DNA from: Burkholderiales bacterium
Lineage (GTDB): Bacteria > Pseudomonadota > Gammaproteobacteria > Burkholderiales > SG8-39
Direction of reading: 5' to 3'
Length of the DNA: 64,000 nucleotides
Assembly: GCA_035554435.1 (NCBI GenBank)
Contig: DATMJC010000044.1
Coordinates: 30,624 to 94,623, forward strand
The notes below the pieces were generated by a model that had not been told where the DNA came from, searched no databases, and worked only from the letters and a program-made list of their open reading frames with translations. Within the stretch, counting starts at the first letter, position 1. Each line of letters begins with the position of its first letter. Shown here piece by piece: positions 35,158 to 43,877 of the stretch. The position numbers and the translations under genes are program-made.

Positions 35158-35528
35158 CGCAGAAAGTAAGCTCGCAACAGCCAGCCGAACGCCAGCATCG
35201 CGCAAAGCGGCACCACCCAGGTCAGGGTCGGTCGCAGAAAGCGCGTCGCACGGTCGGGCAGCAGCGCGGCAAGGACGCCCGCGATGCCGGCGATGATGCC
35301 CGCGGTGACGAGCCAGCCGAACCAGTACATCGCCGGCCCTTCGCGCGGCTTCTCGACGCCGAAGCCGAACTCGGCGATCTGCGGGTGGTAGGTGACGAGC
35401 GCCCAGTTCTGCTCCACCGCGAAGAAGTAGGCGACCGCGTAGACGACGGCGAAGACGATACCGAAGGACGCAGCGCGCACGCTGGTGAGATTCGCGCCCG
35501 CGGTGGCGAGATTCGCGCCCGCGCTCAA
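35154..35528 (-). CDS. Small polytopic membrane protein (TM-B)
   Basis: TTG 35528 overlaps the upstream stop (TTGA); an alternative GTG is at 35480. Three to four hydrophobic helices (FGIVFAVVYAVAYFFAV, WFGWLVTAGIIAGIAGVLAALL, WVVPLCAMLAFGWLL). Confidence 0.5.
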   Translation of the reverse strand: MSAGANLATAGANLTSVRAASFGIVFAVVYAVAYFFAVEQNWALVTYHPQIAEFGFGVEKPREGPAMYWFGWLVTAGIIAGIAGVLAALLPDRATRFLRPTLTWVVPLCAMLAFGWLLRAYFLR

Positions 35529-35980
35529 GACCCGAAGCCCCGGATGTTGTTCAGGACGTGCCCGGTGAGGAAGTTCCACCAGACGATGAAGGCGAGGAGC
35601 GCGGTGACGACGGCTCGCGTGCGTCCATCGGGCGGCCGCCGCCACAGGTACCAATACGCCGGCAGCATGCCCATGCCGATCGCGGCGAAGTGCTCCTTCA
35701 GCTCGAACGCGCCGAACGCCGACCACGCCCTGAGGTCCTCCACGAGCGGGCGGACAAAGACGCGGTATTCGGTGTAGATGATGCCGCCGAGGGTGAAGGT
35801 GGCGAGGTAAAGCAGCACGATCGCGTTGGCGTAGCCGGGCGCCGCAACCGAGCGAAAGCGGCCGGTGAACGATCCCGCGGGCCGGGTCACAGGCCACAAC
35901 ACGCTCGCGGCCTGGTGCGTGATGGCACCGAGCAACGCGACCGCGAGCAGACCGTGGACGATCAGCAGGACGGTAAACAA
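35525..35980 (-). CDS. Four-helix membrane protein with conserved-looking His residues (TM-A)
   Basis: 151 aa. TTG start 5 nt after GAGGGGG. Reads LLIVHGLLAVALLGAITHQAA...KEHFAAIGMGMLPAYWYLW...WWNFLTGHV. Confidence 0.6.
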   Translation of the reverse strand: MFTVLLIVHGLLAVALLGAITHQAASVLWPVTRPAGSFTGRFRSVAAPGYANAIVLLYLATFTLGGIIYTEYRVFVRPLVEDLRAWSAFGAFELKEHFAAIGMGMLPAYWYLWRRPPDGRTRAVVTALLAFIVWWNFLTGHVLNNIRGFGS

Positions 35981-36011
35981 GCGGCCCCCTCAATCCGCGA
36001 GCGCAAGGCGG

Positions 36012-38159
36012 TCAATCCGCCAGCGGGTTCGGCCTGATCTGGAACTTGTAGACCTTCGGGCTGTTCGCCGTGCCGCCTTCGTTGTGGAACACGGTGCGCG
36101 TGCCCGAGGTCGCCCAGAGGCCTTTGCCCTTCCAGCCCGCCTTGTCGTTGTCGATCCGGCCGTCGACCAGCTTGGTGAAGAAACCCAGCGGGTACGGCAC
36201 GCGGAGATCCACGATCTTGCCGTCGACCACCGCCATCAGCGACTCGCTGCCGTTCGCCATCGCGATCGGCACGTTGTTGCCGAGGCCGAGGGTGTTGTAG
36301 CGATCGACCCACAGGTAATACGCGTGGTTCGCGCTGCCCGACGTGTCGACGCCCTTGAACTGCGGCCCGGGCATCTTGTAGACCGTCCAGCCTTCGGGAC
36401 AGAGCTTGCCTTCGGCGGCCTGCGGGCCGTTGAGCGGTCCCTTGCACTTGCGGCGGTCGAAGCTGGCGATGTGCCCGCTCGCGTACGGCAGCCACGCTAC
36501 GCCGTCCGTGGTCATGTCGATGCCGCGCGGGCTCCAGACGCCGTCGGGCGGTAGATAGACCTCGGAGAGCGCGGTCTCGGCGGGATTCGGTCCCGGGACG
36601 GTGCGGATGAGATAGCCGGGCTGCGGCATGCGTGCAAAGCCGACGCCCATCGACTGGCCCCAGATCGAGTCGTCGGCCGGGCTCGGCATGATGCCGTAGA
36701 AGCCGGCGGTGAGGCGCTTGTCCTTCGTCGGATCGACTGGGTCGTTCGGCCCGACGAACTCGTCGCGCTTGCCGTTGCCGTTGGTGTCAATGACGATCGG
36801 CATCCAGCCCTGCGACTTCGCCGAGTCGCCGGTGGCGAGGAACTGCTTGGTCTTCAGGTAGCCGACGACGCCGCTCGCCGGGCCGCCCTGGCTGAACCAG
36901 AGCGTGTCGTTGTCCTTCGCGAAGAAGAGGTGGTGCGTCGGGAAGCACAGGTCCGCGTGCATCCACTTCTGCGTCTTCGGATCGTACACCGACGCCTGCC
37001 GCGGCGATGCGTCGAGCGGCATCACCTTGGCCGACGGATGGTCCGAGCCCTTCTTGCAGAAGTCGGGGTTGGCCGCCGGGCGGAAGCGCGCGGTGACCCA
37101 CAAGCGGCCCTCTGCGTCCATCTGCGCGTTATGGATGCTGCTCGAGCCGTCCCAGATCGGATCGGCGCCCCAGTAGGCCGAGGGCTGCATCGGCAGCTGC
37201 TTGGAGTTCGGCGTCTCGCTGTTCGACACCGGGTGCTTGATCGAGTAGGCGCGGTTCTTCACCGGGTCGAGCACCGGGATGTTGTCCGTGCTCTCCTCCG
37301 GCGCGCCGTAGATCGGGCCATTCGGGTTGAGGCGCGGATTGAGCTGGTAGGTGGAGACGCCGTCATGCAGGTAGTGCTTCGGCGTGGAGTAGTCCCACAT
37401 CGTGATGACCATGTTGCGCTCGACGCCCTCGGGGCGCCGCGGCTTGTCGAAAGGCAGCTCGCCCTTCGCGATGCGGTCGGTCCAGTCGGCGTAGTTCTTC
37501 AGCGCGGCGTCGACGCCCATGTAGCCGAGACCAAGCGCCATGTTGCTCATGGCCTGGCCCGACTGCGTGCGCCGGGCCCAGGCGGCGACCGAGCTCGTCT
37601 GGCCTTCCATGAACTGCTTTGGCACGACGCGGATGCCGTGCGAGCCGAGCGCGTGGCACGACTGGCAAGCGTTCTTCACCGTGTCGACCCACTGCTCCTG
37701 GGACTTGATATTCGGCGAGATGCCGTTGCCCTTTTCGCCGGTGCCCGGAAACTGGTCCTTCCCCGGGATGTTGATCATCGAATACCAATACATGCCCGGA
37801 TAGAGCTCGGCGGCATCCTTCGCGCTCTTGGCCGCAGCGGCCTTCAGCTCGACGGTTTTCCCCGGACTCGCCTTCACCTTAGCGGAATCGGCGAGGCCAT
37901 AGCCCCTGGCCCAGACGGTGTAGTTCGCCTTGGGCAGCTCGGGAATGAGGTAACGGCCCTTGTCGTCGGTGACGACCACCTTGGCGTACTTGGTCGGCAG
38001 ATCGGTCGTCTCGGCGATCACCCAGACGCCGGCCTCGGGCCCTTTCGGACCGCTGACCACGCCGCCGATGTCGGACGCGCCGACCTTCTGCGCGAGCGCT
38101 GTTCCGGAAAAAAGAACCAGGGAAGCAAAGGCAGTTGCTGCAGGGATTGCAGAATGCAT
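36012..38159 (-). CDS. Exported CarboxypepD_reg-like beta-sandwich + CxxCH + large beta-rich domain protein (P1)
   Basis: 715 aa. GGAGGAG lies 9 nt before the ATG. Signal peptide ...FSGTALAQ. Beta-sandwich VWVIAETTDLPTKYAKVVVTDDKGRYLIPELPKANYTVWARGYG. Haem motif NACQSCHALG. Confidence 0.8.
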   Translation of the reverse strand: MHSAIPAATAFASLVLFSGTALAQKVGASDIGGVVSGPKGPEAGVWVIAETTDLPTKYAKVVVTDDKGRYLIPELPKANYTVWARGYGLADSAKVKASPGKTVELKAAAAKSAKDAAELYPGMYWYSMINIPGKDQFPGTGEKGNGISPNIKSQEQWVDTVKNACQSCHALGSHGIRVVPKQFMEGQTSSVAAWARRTQSGQAMSNMALGLGYMGVDAALKNYADWTDRIAKGELPFDKPRRPEGVERNMVITMWDYSTPKHYLHDGVSTYQLNPRLNPNGPIYGAPEESTDNIPVLDPVKNRAYSIKHPVSNSETPNSKQLPMQPSAYWGADPIWDGSSSIHNAQMDAEGRLWVTARFRPAANPDFCKKGSDHPSAKVMPLDASPRQASVYDPKTQKWMHADLCFPTHHLFFAKDNDTLWFSQGGPASGVVGYLKTKQFLATGDSAKSQGWMPIVIDTNGNGKRDEFVGPNDPVDPTKDKRLTAGFYGIMPSPADDSIWGQSMGVGFARMPQPGYLIRTVPGPNPAETALSEVYLPPDGVWSPRGIDMTTDGVAWLPYASGHIASFDRRKCKGPLNGPQAAEGKLCPEGWTVYKMPGPQFKGVDTSGSANHAYYLWVDRYNTLGLGNNVPIAMANGSESLMAVVDGKIVDLRVPYPLGFFTKLVDGRIDNDKAGWKGKGLWATSGTRTVFHNEGGTANSPKVYKFQIRPNPLAD

Positions 38160-38252
38160 ATGGGGATCTCCTCCACGAGACTCGCCAATCTACCCTCGTC
38201 GCCCGCGCTGCGCCAGCCTCGCCTGCGGTTTTCTTGCTACGATGCCCGCCCC

Positions 38253-39485
38253 ATGCGCCTGAGCGAGGAAGAGCGCGACATCCTCGCCGGAAAGCTCGGC
38301 CCGGTGCCCCGGCTCGCACTCGAGCACCAGGTCAAGGTCGGCGAGTTCTTCGGCGCGGAGGACTTCGTCGCCGTCTCCCAGGCCCACGTCATGGCCGACG
38401 GCGAAAGCCTGGGCGAGGCCGGCGTGCGCTGGCTGGAGGGCCTCGCCGCGGCGAAGGAAGGCCGCCGCCGCGTGCGCATCCCGACGATCACCGACCCGCG
38501 CGGCACCGACTTCGCCAGGGCGGCGTTCCTCGGCCACACCCCGGCGATGCTCGGGCTCGAAGAGCGCGTCATCGCCGCGCTGGTGAAGCTCGGCGTGATG
38601 ATGACCGACACCTGCATCAACTACCAGACGGTCCAGCCCGCGACGCTGAACGAGCACGTCGCGTTCGGCGACACCGGCGTGGTGATCTATTCCAACTCGG
38701 CGTGCGGCGCGCGCTCCAACTTCGAAGGCGGGCCCTCGGCGCTCGCCGCGGGGCTGACCGGGCGCACGCCGCGCTACGGCTTCCACCTCGAAGGGCAGCG
38801 CCGCGCAACGCTCGCGGTGCGCGTCGATTTCGCCCCGAAGAGCCTGAACGAATGGGGCGCGCTCGGCGGCGCGATCGGCCGCCTCGCCGGCAACTACTGG
38901 GCGGTGCCGCTGGTCGAAGGCTTCGGCGCTACGCCCGGCTCCGACGCGCTCAAGCACTTCGGCGCGGCGATGGCGAGCTTCGGCTCGGTGGCGCTCTTCC
39001 ACATGCCGGAGGTGACGCCGGAGGCGCGGCGCCGCGCCGACGTGGCGCCCGACCCCTTGCCGCAGGTGGGCGTGACACGTGCCGACATCGAGGCGCTGCA
39101 GAAGTCCTACCGCAAGGACGATGCGGTCGACGTCGTCGTGTTCTCGGCGCCGCAGCTCTCGCTCCTCGAGCTCGCCGAGCTCGCCGCGCAGTGCGACGGC
39201 CGGCGCTTCGCGATCCCGCTCCTCGCGGTCACCAGCCCGCAGGTGAAGCCCGATGCCGACCGCATGGGCTACACCGGGAAGATCGAGGCCGCAGGCGGCA
39301 CGGTGCTCTCGGGCATGTGCTTCTACCAGTCATACGCGCGCGAGATCGCGGAAGCGAAGGGCTGGAAGCGCCTCGCCACCAACAGCGCCAAGCTCGTGAA
39401 CATCCTCGGCGGCTACGGCTACGTGCCGATGCTCGCTTCGATGGAGCAATGCGTCGAAGCCGCGCGCACTGGAAAGCTGGGATGA
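38253..39485 (+). CDS. Aconitase X catalytic (large) subunit, DUF521
   Basis: Internal ATG (MRLSEEERDILAGKLGP...). Contains AHVMADGESLGEAG, MTDTCINYQ and SNSACGARSNFEGG. Confidence 0.85.
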   Translation: MRLSEEERDILAGKLGPVPRLALEHQVKVGEFFGAEDFVAVSQAHVMADGESLGEAGVRWLEGLAAAKEGRRRVRIPTITDPRGTDFARAAFLGHTPAMLGLEERVIAALVKLGVMMTDTCINYQTVQPATLNEHVAFGDTGVVIYSNSACGARSNFEGGPSALAAGLTGRTPRYGFHLEGQRRATLAVRVDFAPKSLNEWGALGGAIGRLAGNYWAVPLVEGFGATPGSDALKHFGAAMASFGSVALFHMPEVTPEARRRADVAPDPLPQVGVTRADIEALQKSYRKDDAVDVVVFSAPQLSLLELAELAAQCDGRRFAIPLLAVTSPQVKPDADRMGYTGKIEAAGGTVLSGMCFYQSYAREIAEAKGWKRLATNSAKLVNILGGYGYVPMLASMEQCVEAARTGKLG

Positions 39486-39889
39486 TGGAGCTTCGTGCGC
39501 GCCACGCCATCGGGTCGGCCGTGACAGGAGAGGCGCTCGTCGCGCGCGACGGCTTCTCCGCGCGCTACGACCTCGACCGCGGGCGCGGTGTCTTCTCCCG
39601 CCCGACGCACAAGCTCGCCGGCCAGTCCTACGTCGGCCGGATCCTCGTGCTCGACACCGCCAAGGGCGGCGTCGCGAGCGCCTGGATGCTGCACGAGATG
39701 GCTTCGCGCCGCGTCGTGCCGCTCGCGCTGGTCTTCAACAGCGTCAACCCGATCCTGGTGCAGGGCGCCGCGTTCGGCGATATCACGATGCTCGCGGGCT
39801 TCGACGGCGATATCACCGCGCTCGTGCCCGACGGCGCGCGCCTGGCACTCGATCCTTCAAAACGCATTCTGGTCATCGTCGAAAAATGA
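39482..39889 (+). CDS. Aconitase X swivel (small) subunit, DUF126
   Basis: ATGA overlap. GEALVARDGFSARYDLD...GRILVLDTAKGGVASAWMLHEM. Confidence 0.8.
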   Translation: MMELRARHAIGSAVTGEALVARDGFSARYDLDRGRGVFSRPTHKLAGQSYVGRILVLDTAKGGVASAWMLHEMASRRVVPLALVFNSVNPILVQGAAFGDITMLAGFDGDITALVPDGARLALDPSKRILVIVEK

Positions 39890-40989
39890 GCCTCAAGCGC
39901 TTCAAAGGCAATGCCGGCACCACGCTCGTCCTGGAGCACGTCTCGGAGATCCTCAAGGGAAATCCGCTCGGCGATCCGCACGTGCGCAAGCTCGCGGTCT
40001 GGCTGCCCCCCGGATACGACCATTCGGGCAAGCGGCGCTTTCCGGTGCTCTACGATCTGGTCGGCTTCACCGGCTCGGGGCTCTCGCACGTCGGCTGGAA
40101 GCCGTTCGGCGACAACGTCCCCGAGCGCGCCGCACGCCTCATCCGCGACGGGAAGATGGGCGCGGCGATCATCGTGTTTCCTGACTGCTTCACCGCGTTC
40201 GGCGGCAACCAGTACGTCAACTCCCCGGCGATCGGCGACTACGCCGACTACCTCACGCGCGAGATCATCCCGTTCGTCGACCGCGAGTTCCGCACCCTCG
40301 CCTCACGCGAGCACCGCGGCTGCTTCGGCAAGTCATCGGGCGGCTACGGCGCGATCATCCACGCCATGAAGTACGCGAGGTACTGGGGCGCGATCGCGGA
40401 TCACTCGGGCGACGCCTACTTCGACTTCGTCTACTGGCACGACTGGCCGAACACGCTGAACGAGCTCGCCAAGTACCGCACGCCGAAGCGCAGACCGGGA
40501 CGCTATGAGGCGCTGCGCGAATCACGCCGAAGAGGTTTGCCTGAGGGCAGGGACGATGGCCGAATCCGGCGTTTCCTGAATGCGGTGTGGAAAAGAGAGA
40601 AGCTCTCGGGCGCCGAAACCCACTGCCTCATGAACCTCTGCATGGCCGCGACCTACGACCCCGACCCGCGCGCGCCGAACGGCTTTCGCGTGCCGTTCAA
40701 CCTCGAGTCGGGCGAGCCGATCGAGGAGCGCTGGCGCGAGTGGCGCCGGCACGATCCGATCCACCTTGTCGCCCGGTACAAGAGCAATTTGAGAACGCTG
40801 CGCGGGATCTACATCGACTGCGGCTGGCGCGACCAGTACCACATCCATTACGGGGCTCGCATCCTGTCCAAGCAGCTTTCCGTCGCAAAAATAGAGCACC
40901 GCTACGAAGAGTTCGACGACAACCATTCCGACATCGACTACCGGATGGACGTCAGCCTGCCGTTCCTATACCGAGCGCTGAAGCCCTAG
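39886..40989 (+). CDS. Putative esterase (esterase D/enterochelin-esterase-like fold)
   Basis: ATGA overlap. RFPVLYDLVGFTGSG and nucleophile motif GCFGKSSGGYGA. Confidence 0.75.
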   Translation: MSLKRFKGNAGTTLVLEHVSEILKGNPLGDPHVRKLAVWLPPGYDHSGKRRFPVLYDLVGFTGSGLSHVGWKPFGDNVPERAARLIRDGKMGAAIIVFPDCFTAFGGNQYVNSPAIGDYADYLTREIIPFVDREFRTLASREHRGCFGKSSGGYGAIIHAMKYARYWGAIADHSGDAYFDFVYWHDWPNTLNELAKYRTPKRRPGRYEALRESRRRGLPEGRDDGRIRRFLNAVWKREKLSGAETHCLMNLCMAATYDPDPRAPNGFRVPFNLESGEPIEERWREWRRHDPIHLVARYKSNLRTLRGIYIDCGWRDQYHIHYGARILSKQLSVAKIEHRYEEFDDNHSDIDYRMDVSLPFLYRALKP

Positions 40990-40996
40990 GTAGTAA

Positions 40997-41061
40997 GAAA
41001 TCGGGGTCAGACCCCGATTCTCCTTTTTTGGGGTCTGACCCCGATTTCTTACCCCGATTTC
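40997..41061. repeat. Two family-1 palindromes (GAAATCGGGGTCAGACCCCGATTC at 40997-41020; TTTTGGGGTCTGACCCCGATTTC at 41026-41048) plus a duplicated half arm ACCCCGATTTC (41051-41061)
   Basis: Read directly in the 110-nt gap after the esterase stop. Confidence 0.9.
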
Positions 41062-41099
41062 TTTGGCCTAGAATGAGCACTCTCCCGGGAGGAGGTCCC

Positions 41100-42368
41100 A
41101 TGCGATCCGTCGTCTTCGCCGTCATCGGTTTTTTCACAGCCTCTGTTGCTTTCGCCGCCGATCCGCTACCCCGAGCGAAACCAGAAACCGTCGGCATGTC
41201 CTCGGAGCGGCTCGGGCGCATCGGCGAGGCGCTGCGGGCCGACGTCGAGAAAGGGCGCCTGCCGGGCGCGGTGGTGGCGGTGGCGCGCAAGGGCAAGCTG
41301 GTCTACTACCAGGCCTTCGGCTACCTCGACAAGGACGCCGGCACGAAGATGCACAACGACGCGATCTTCAGCATCGCGTCGATGACCAAGCCGATCGTCG
41401 CGGTGGGAGCGCTCACGCTGCTCGAGCGCGGGCAGCTCCAGATCGACGAGCCGGTCGGGACCTACCTGCCGCAGCTCTCGAAGATGCAGGTCGCGGTGCT
41501 CAAGTCGAGCGACGGCGGCTCGGGCTTCGACTCCGTGGCGGCGCAGCGCCAGGTCACGATCCAGGACCTGATGCGGCATACCTCCGGCATCATCTACGGC
41601 GGCCGCGGCGCGACGCCGGTCCACAAGCTCTACCCCGCGTCGTCGAGCACGGCAGGAACCGGCATGACCGGCAAGGAGTTCGTCGACAAGCTGGGCTCGC
41701 TCCCGCTCCTGCACCAGCCGGGCTCGACCTGGGACTACGGCTTCGGGCTCGATGTCCTCGGCGTGGTGATCGAGAAAATCTCGGGTCAGCCGCTCGGCCA
41801 GTATCTCGAGGCGCAGGTGTTCAAGCCGCTCGGCATGAGGGACACCGCGTTCGCGGTGCCGCCGGAGAAGGCGAAGCGCTACGCGAAGGCCTTTGCCAAC
41901 GACCCAGACACCGGCAAGCCGCAGTTCGTGCTCGACCTCACGAAACCGCTGAAGTTCGAGTGCGGCGGCGGCTGCGCCGCGTCGACTGCGGGCGACTACA
42001 TCCGCTTCGCGCAGATGCTGCTCGACGGCGGCAAGCTCGAGGGCAAGCGCGTCCTCTCGCGCAAAACCGTCGAGTACATGCTCTCGAACCAGCTCGCGCC
42101 GAACACGGTGAACCTCATCGCCAACGCCGATCCGACAAGCGCCGACATGGGCTTCGGGCTCGGCGTCGCGGTGCGCACCACGCCCGGCGTCGTGCGCAAG
42201 GTCGGCTCGGTCGGAGAATTCTCCTGGAACGGCGCCTACGGCACGAGCTGGTGGGCCGATCCGAAGGAGCAGCTGGCGGTGGTGTTCATGGCGCAGACCC
42301 CCGGGCCGATCCGCTGGCACTACCGCTACGTGATCAACGCGCTGGTCGAGCAGGCGATCGTCGACTAA
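41100..42368 (+). CDS. Serine hydrolase (class C beta-lactamase/PBP-like family)
   Basis: ATG follows GGGAGGAGG. Has a signal peptide, the SxxK motif IFSIASMTKPIV and a YGFGLD region. Confidence 0.85.
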   Translation: MRSVVFAVIGFFTASVAFAADPLPRAKPETVGMSSERLGRIGEALRADVEKGRLPGAVVAVARKGKLVYYQAFGYLDKDAGTKMHNDAIFSIASMTKPIVAVGALTLLERGQLQIDEPVGTYLPQLSKMQVAVLKSSDGGSGFDSVAAQRQVTIQDLMRHTSGIIYGGRGATPVHKLYPASSSTAGTGMTGKEFVDKLGSLPLLHQPGSTWDYGFGLDVLGVVIEKISGQPLGQYLEAQVFKPLGMRDTAFAVPPEKAKRYAKAFANDPDTGKPQFVLDLTKPLKFECGGGCAASTAGDYIRFAQMLLDGGKLEGKRVLSRKTVEYMLSNQLAPNTVNLIANADPTSADMGFGLGVAVRTTPGVVRKVGSVGEFSWNGAYGTSWWADPKEQLAVVFMAQTPGPIRWHYRYVINALVEQAIVD

Positions 42369-42387
42369 GCCGAACTGGCGATCGTCG

Positions 42388-43074
42388 CTAGTCGCCGGTC
42401 GGTGCGATCCTGAATTCCTGGATCGCGCTTTCCTTTTCGAGGCTGGCGGCGAGCCTCCCCGCCGCGGAGCGGTCCGCCGAAGCGAGCGTCATGCTGTAGC
42501 GGCGGACGCTCCCATCGCGGTCCAGCCGGTAGCTGAAGTTCGCCAGGCTGAACCCATGGCCCTCCACCAGCGTGCGAATGTGCGATTCCGACACGTCGGC
42601 GCTGCGTGCGAAGCGCACATCGAAGTGGTAGTACGCCTGCGTGGGCATCCTGGCTTCGATCCATCGGAATGCCGAAAGCACTCCGAGCGCCAGAACGACC
42701 GACAACGCCATCGGGAAATAGAACCCGATGCCCGCAAGGATGCCGATGGCGGCCGTGATCCAGATCGATGCTGCGGTCGTAAGCCCGCGCACCGAGAGGC
42801 CCTCTTGCATGATGACGCCGGCACCGAGAAAACCGATGCCGGTCATGATCCCTTGCGCCATCCGCGTCGGGTCCAGGCGTGCTTCGCCCATGGAGCGGAC
42901 CCAATGCGCCTCGTACACCGTCACCAGCATGAGCATGCTTGAAGCCATGCAGACCAGCGCGTGAGTGCGAAATCCGGCCGGCCTTCCACGATATGAACGC
43001 TCATAGCCGATGAGCGCGCCTGCGATCAGCGCGACGACTATTCGCACTGCCATTTCGTACAAGTCAGGGGACAT
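42388..43074 (-). CDS. MgtC/SapB-family membrane protein
   Basis: RIVVALIAGALIGYERSYRGRPAGFRTHALVC..., followed by a soluble C-terminal ACT-like domain. Confidence 0.85.
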   Translation of the reverse strand: MSPDLYEMAVRIVVALIAGALIGYERSYRGRPAGFRTHALVCMASSMLMLVTVYEAHWVRSMGEARLDPTRMAQGIMTGIGFLGAGVIMQEGLSVRGLTTAASIWITAAIGILAGIGFYFPMALSVVLALGVLSAFRWIEARMPTQAYYHFDVRFARSADVSESHIRTLVEGHGFSLANFSYRLDRDGSVRRYSMTLASADRSAAGRLAASLEKESAIQEFRIAPTGD

Positions 43075-43136
43075 CGCACCCCGGCCGGTCTAGCTGGCCC
43101 CAAGAGTAACGCCGGCTCCTCAAACCTGCAAAAAGG

Positions 43137-43877
43137 CTAGGAGCGCTGCCAGCCGTCGGCCTGTCGCTCGAACGCGTCGGCCGCCGCGCGCATGAAGTTG
43201 CCGCCGCGCAGCGCGTAATGGTCGACCTCGATCCGGCCGGGCGCGACGCGCAGCAGGTTGAACGCGTTCGGCTCCTCGCGGGTCCGCTGCGAGGTCGCGG
43301 TCCCCGCCTCGACGATCAGCACCGACATGCGCCCGATGCGGCGCTGCGCCGTGCGACTGGCGTGGTGGTGTCCGGAGACGAAGACGTCGACGCCGCAGTC
43401 GGCGAGCTTTTCCAGCGCCGCCGGGTGGTGGGAGACGACGATGCGGGTACGCTCGCCCCGGAGCCGGCCGAGCGCCTCGCAGACCCGCGCGCGCTGCGAC
43501 TCGCTCACGCGCCCGCCCTTGAGCACGAACGAGCGCGCGGTGTTGACGCCGAGCACCGCGATCTCGTCGTCGACGAAGCCGGGCTCGACCTCCCCGGCGA
43601 TGACGCGGCGGTAGCCGGCGAGCGGCGCCACGAAGCGCGCCAGCACGTTGTAGAGCGGCACGTCGTGGTTGCCCGGGACCACCACCTGCGGCTTCGGCAG
43701 GCTGTCGAGAAAGGCGCGCGCGGCGCGGAACTGGTGCGCGCGGGCGCGCTGCGTGAGGTCGCCCGAGATCACCACCAGGTCGGGCGCGAGCGCCTTCACG
43801 CGCCGGCGCAGCGCCTCGAGCACGCCCCGGTCGACGCGGTCGAAATGCAGGTCGGAGAGGTGCGCGAGCGTCCTCAC
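43137..43877 (-). CDS. Metallophosphoesterase
   Basis: GTG start. LSDLHF, VISGDLT, GNHD and VSHHP motifs. Confidence 0.8.
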   Translation of the reverse strand: MRTLAHLSDLHFDRVDRGVLEALRRRVKALAPDLVVISGDLTQRARAHQFRAARAFLDSLPKPQVVVPGNHDVPLYNVLARFVAPLAGYRRVIAGEVEPGFVDDEIAVLGVNTARSFVLKGGRVSESQRARVCEALGRLRGERTRIVVSHHPAALEKLADCGVDVFVSGHHHASRTAQRRIGRMSVLIVEAGTATSQRTREEPNAFNLLRVAPGRIEVDHYALRGGNFMRAAADAFERQADGWQRS

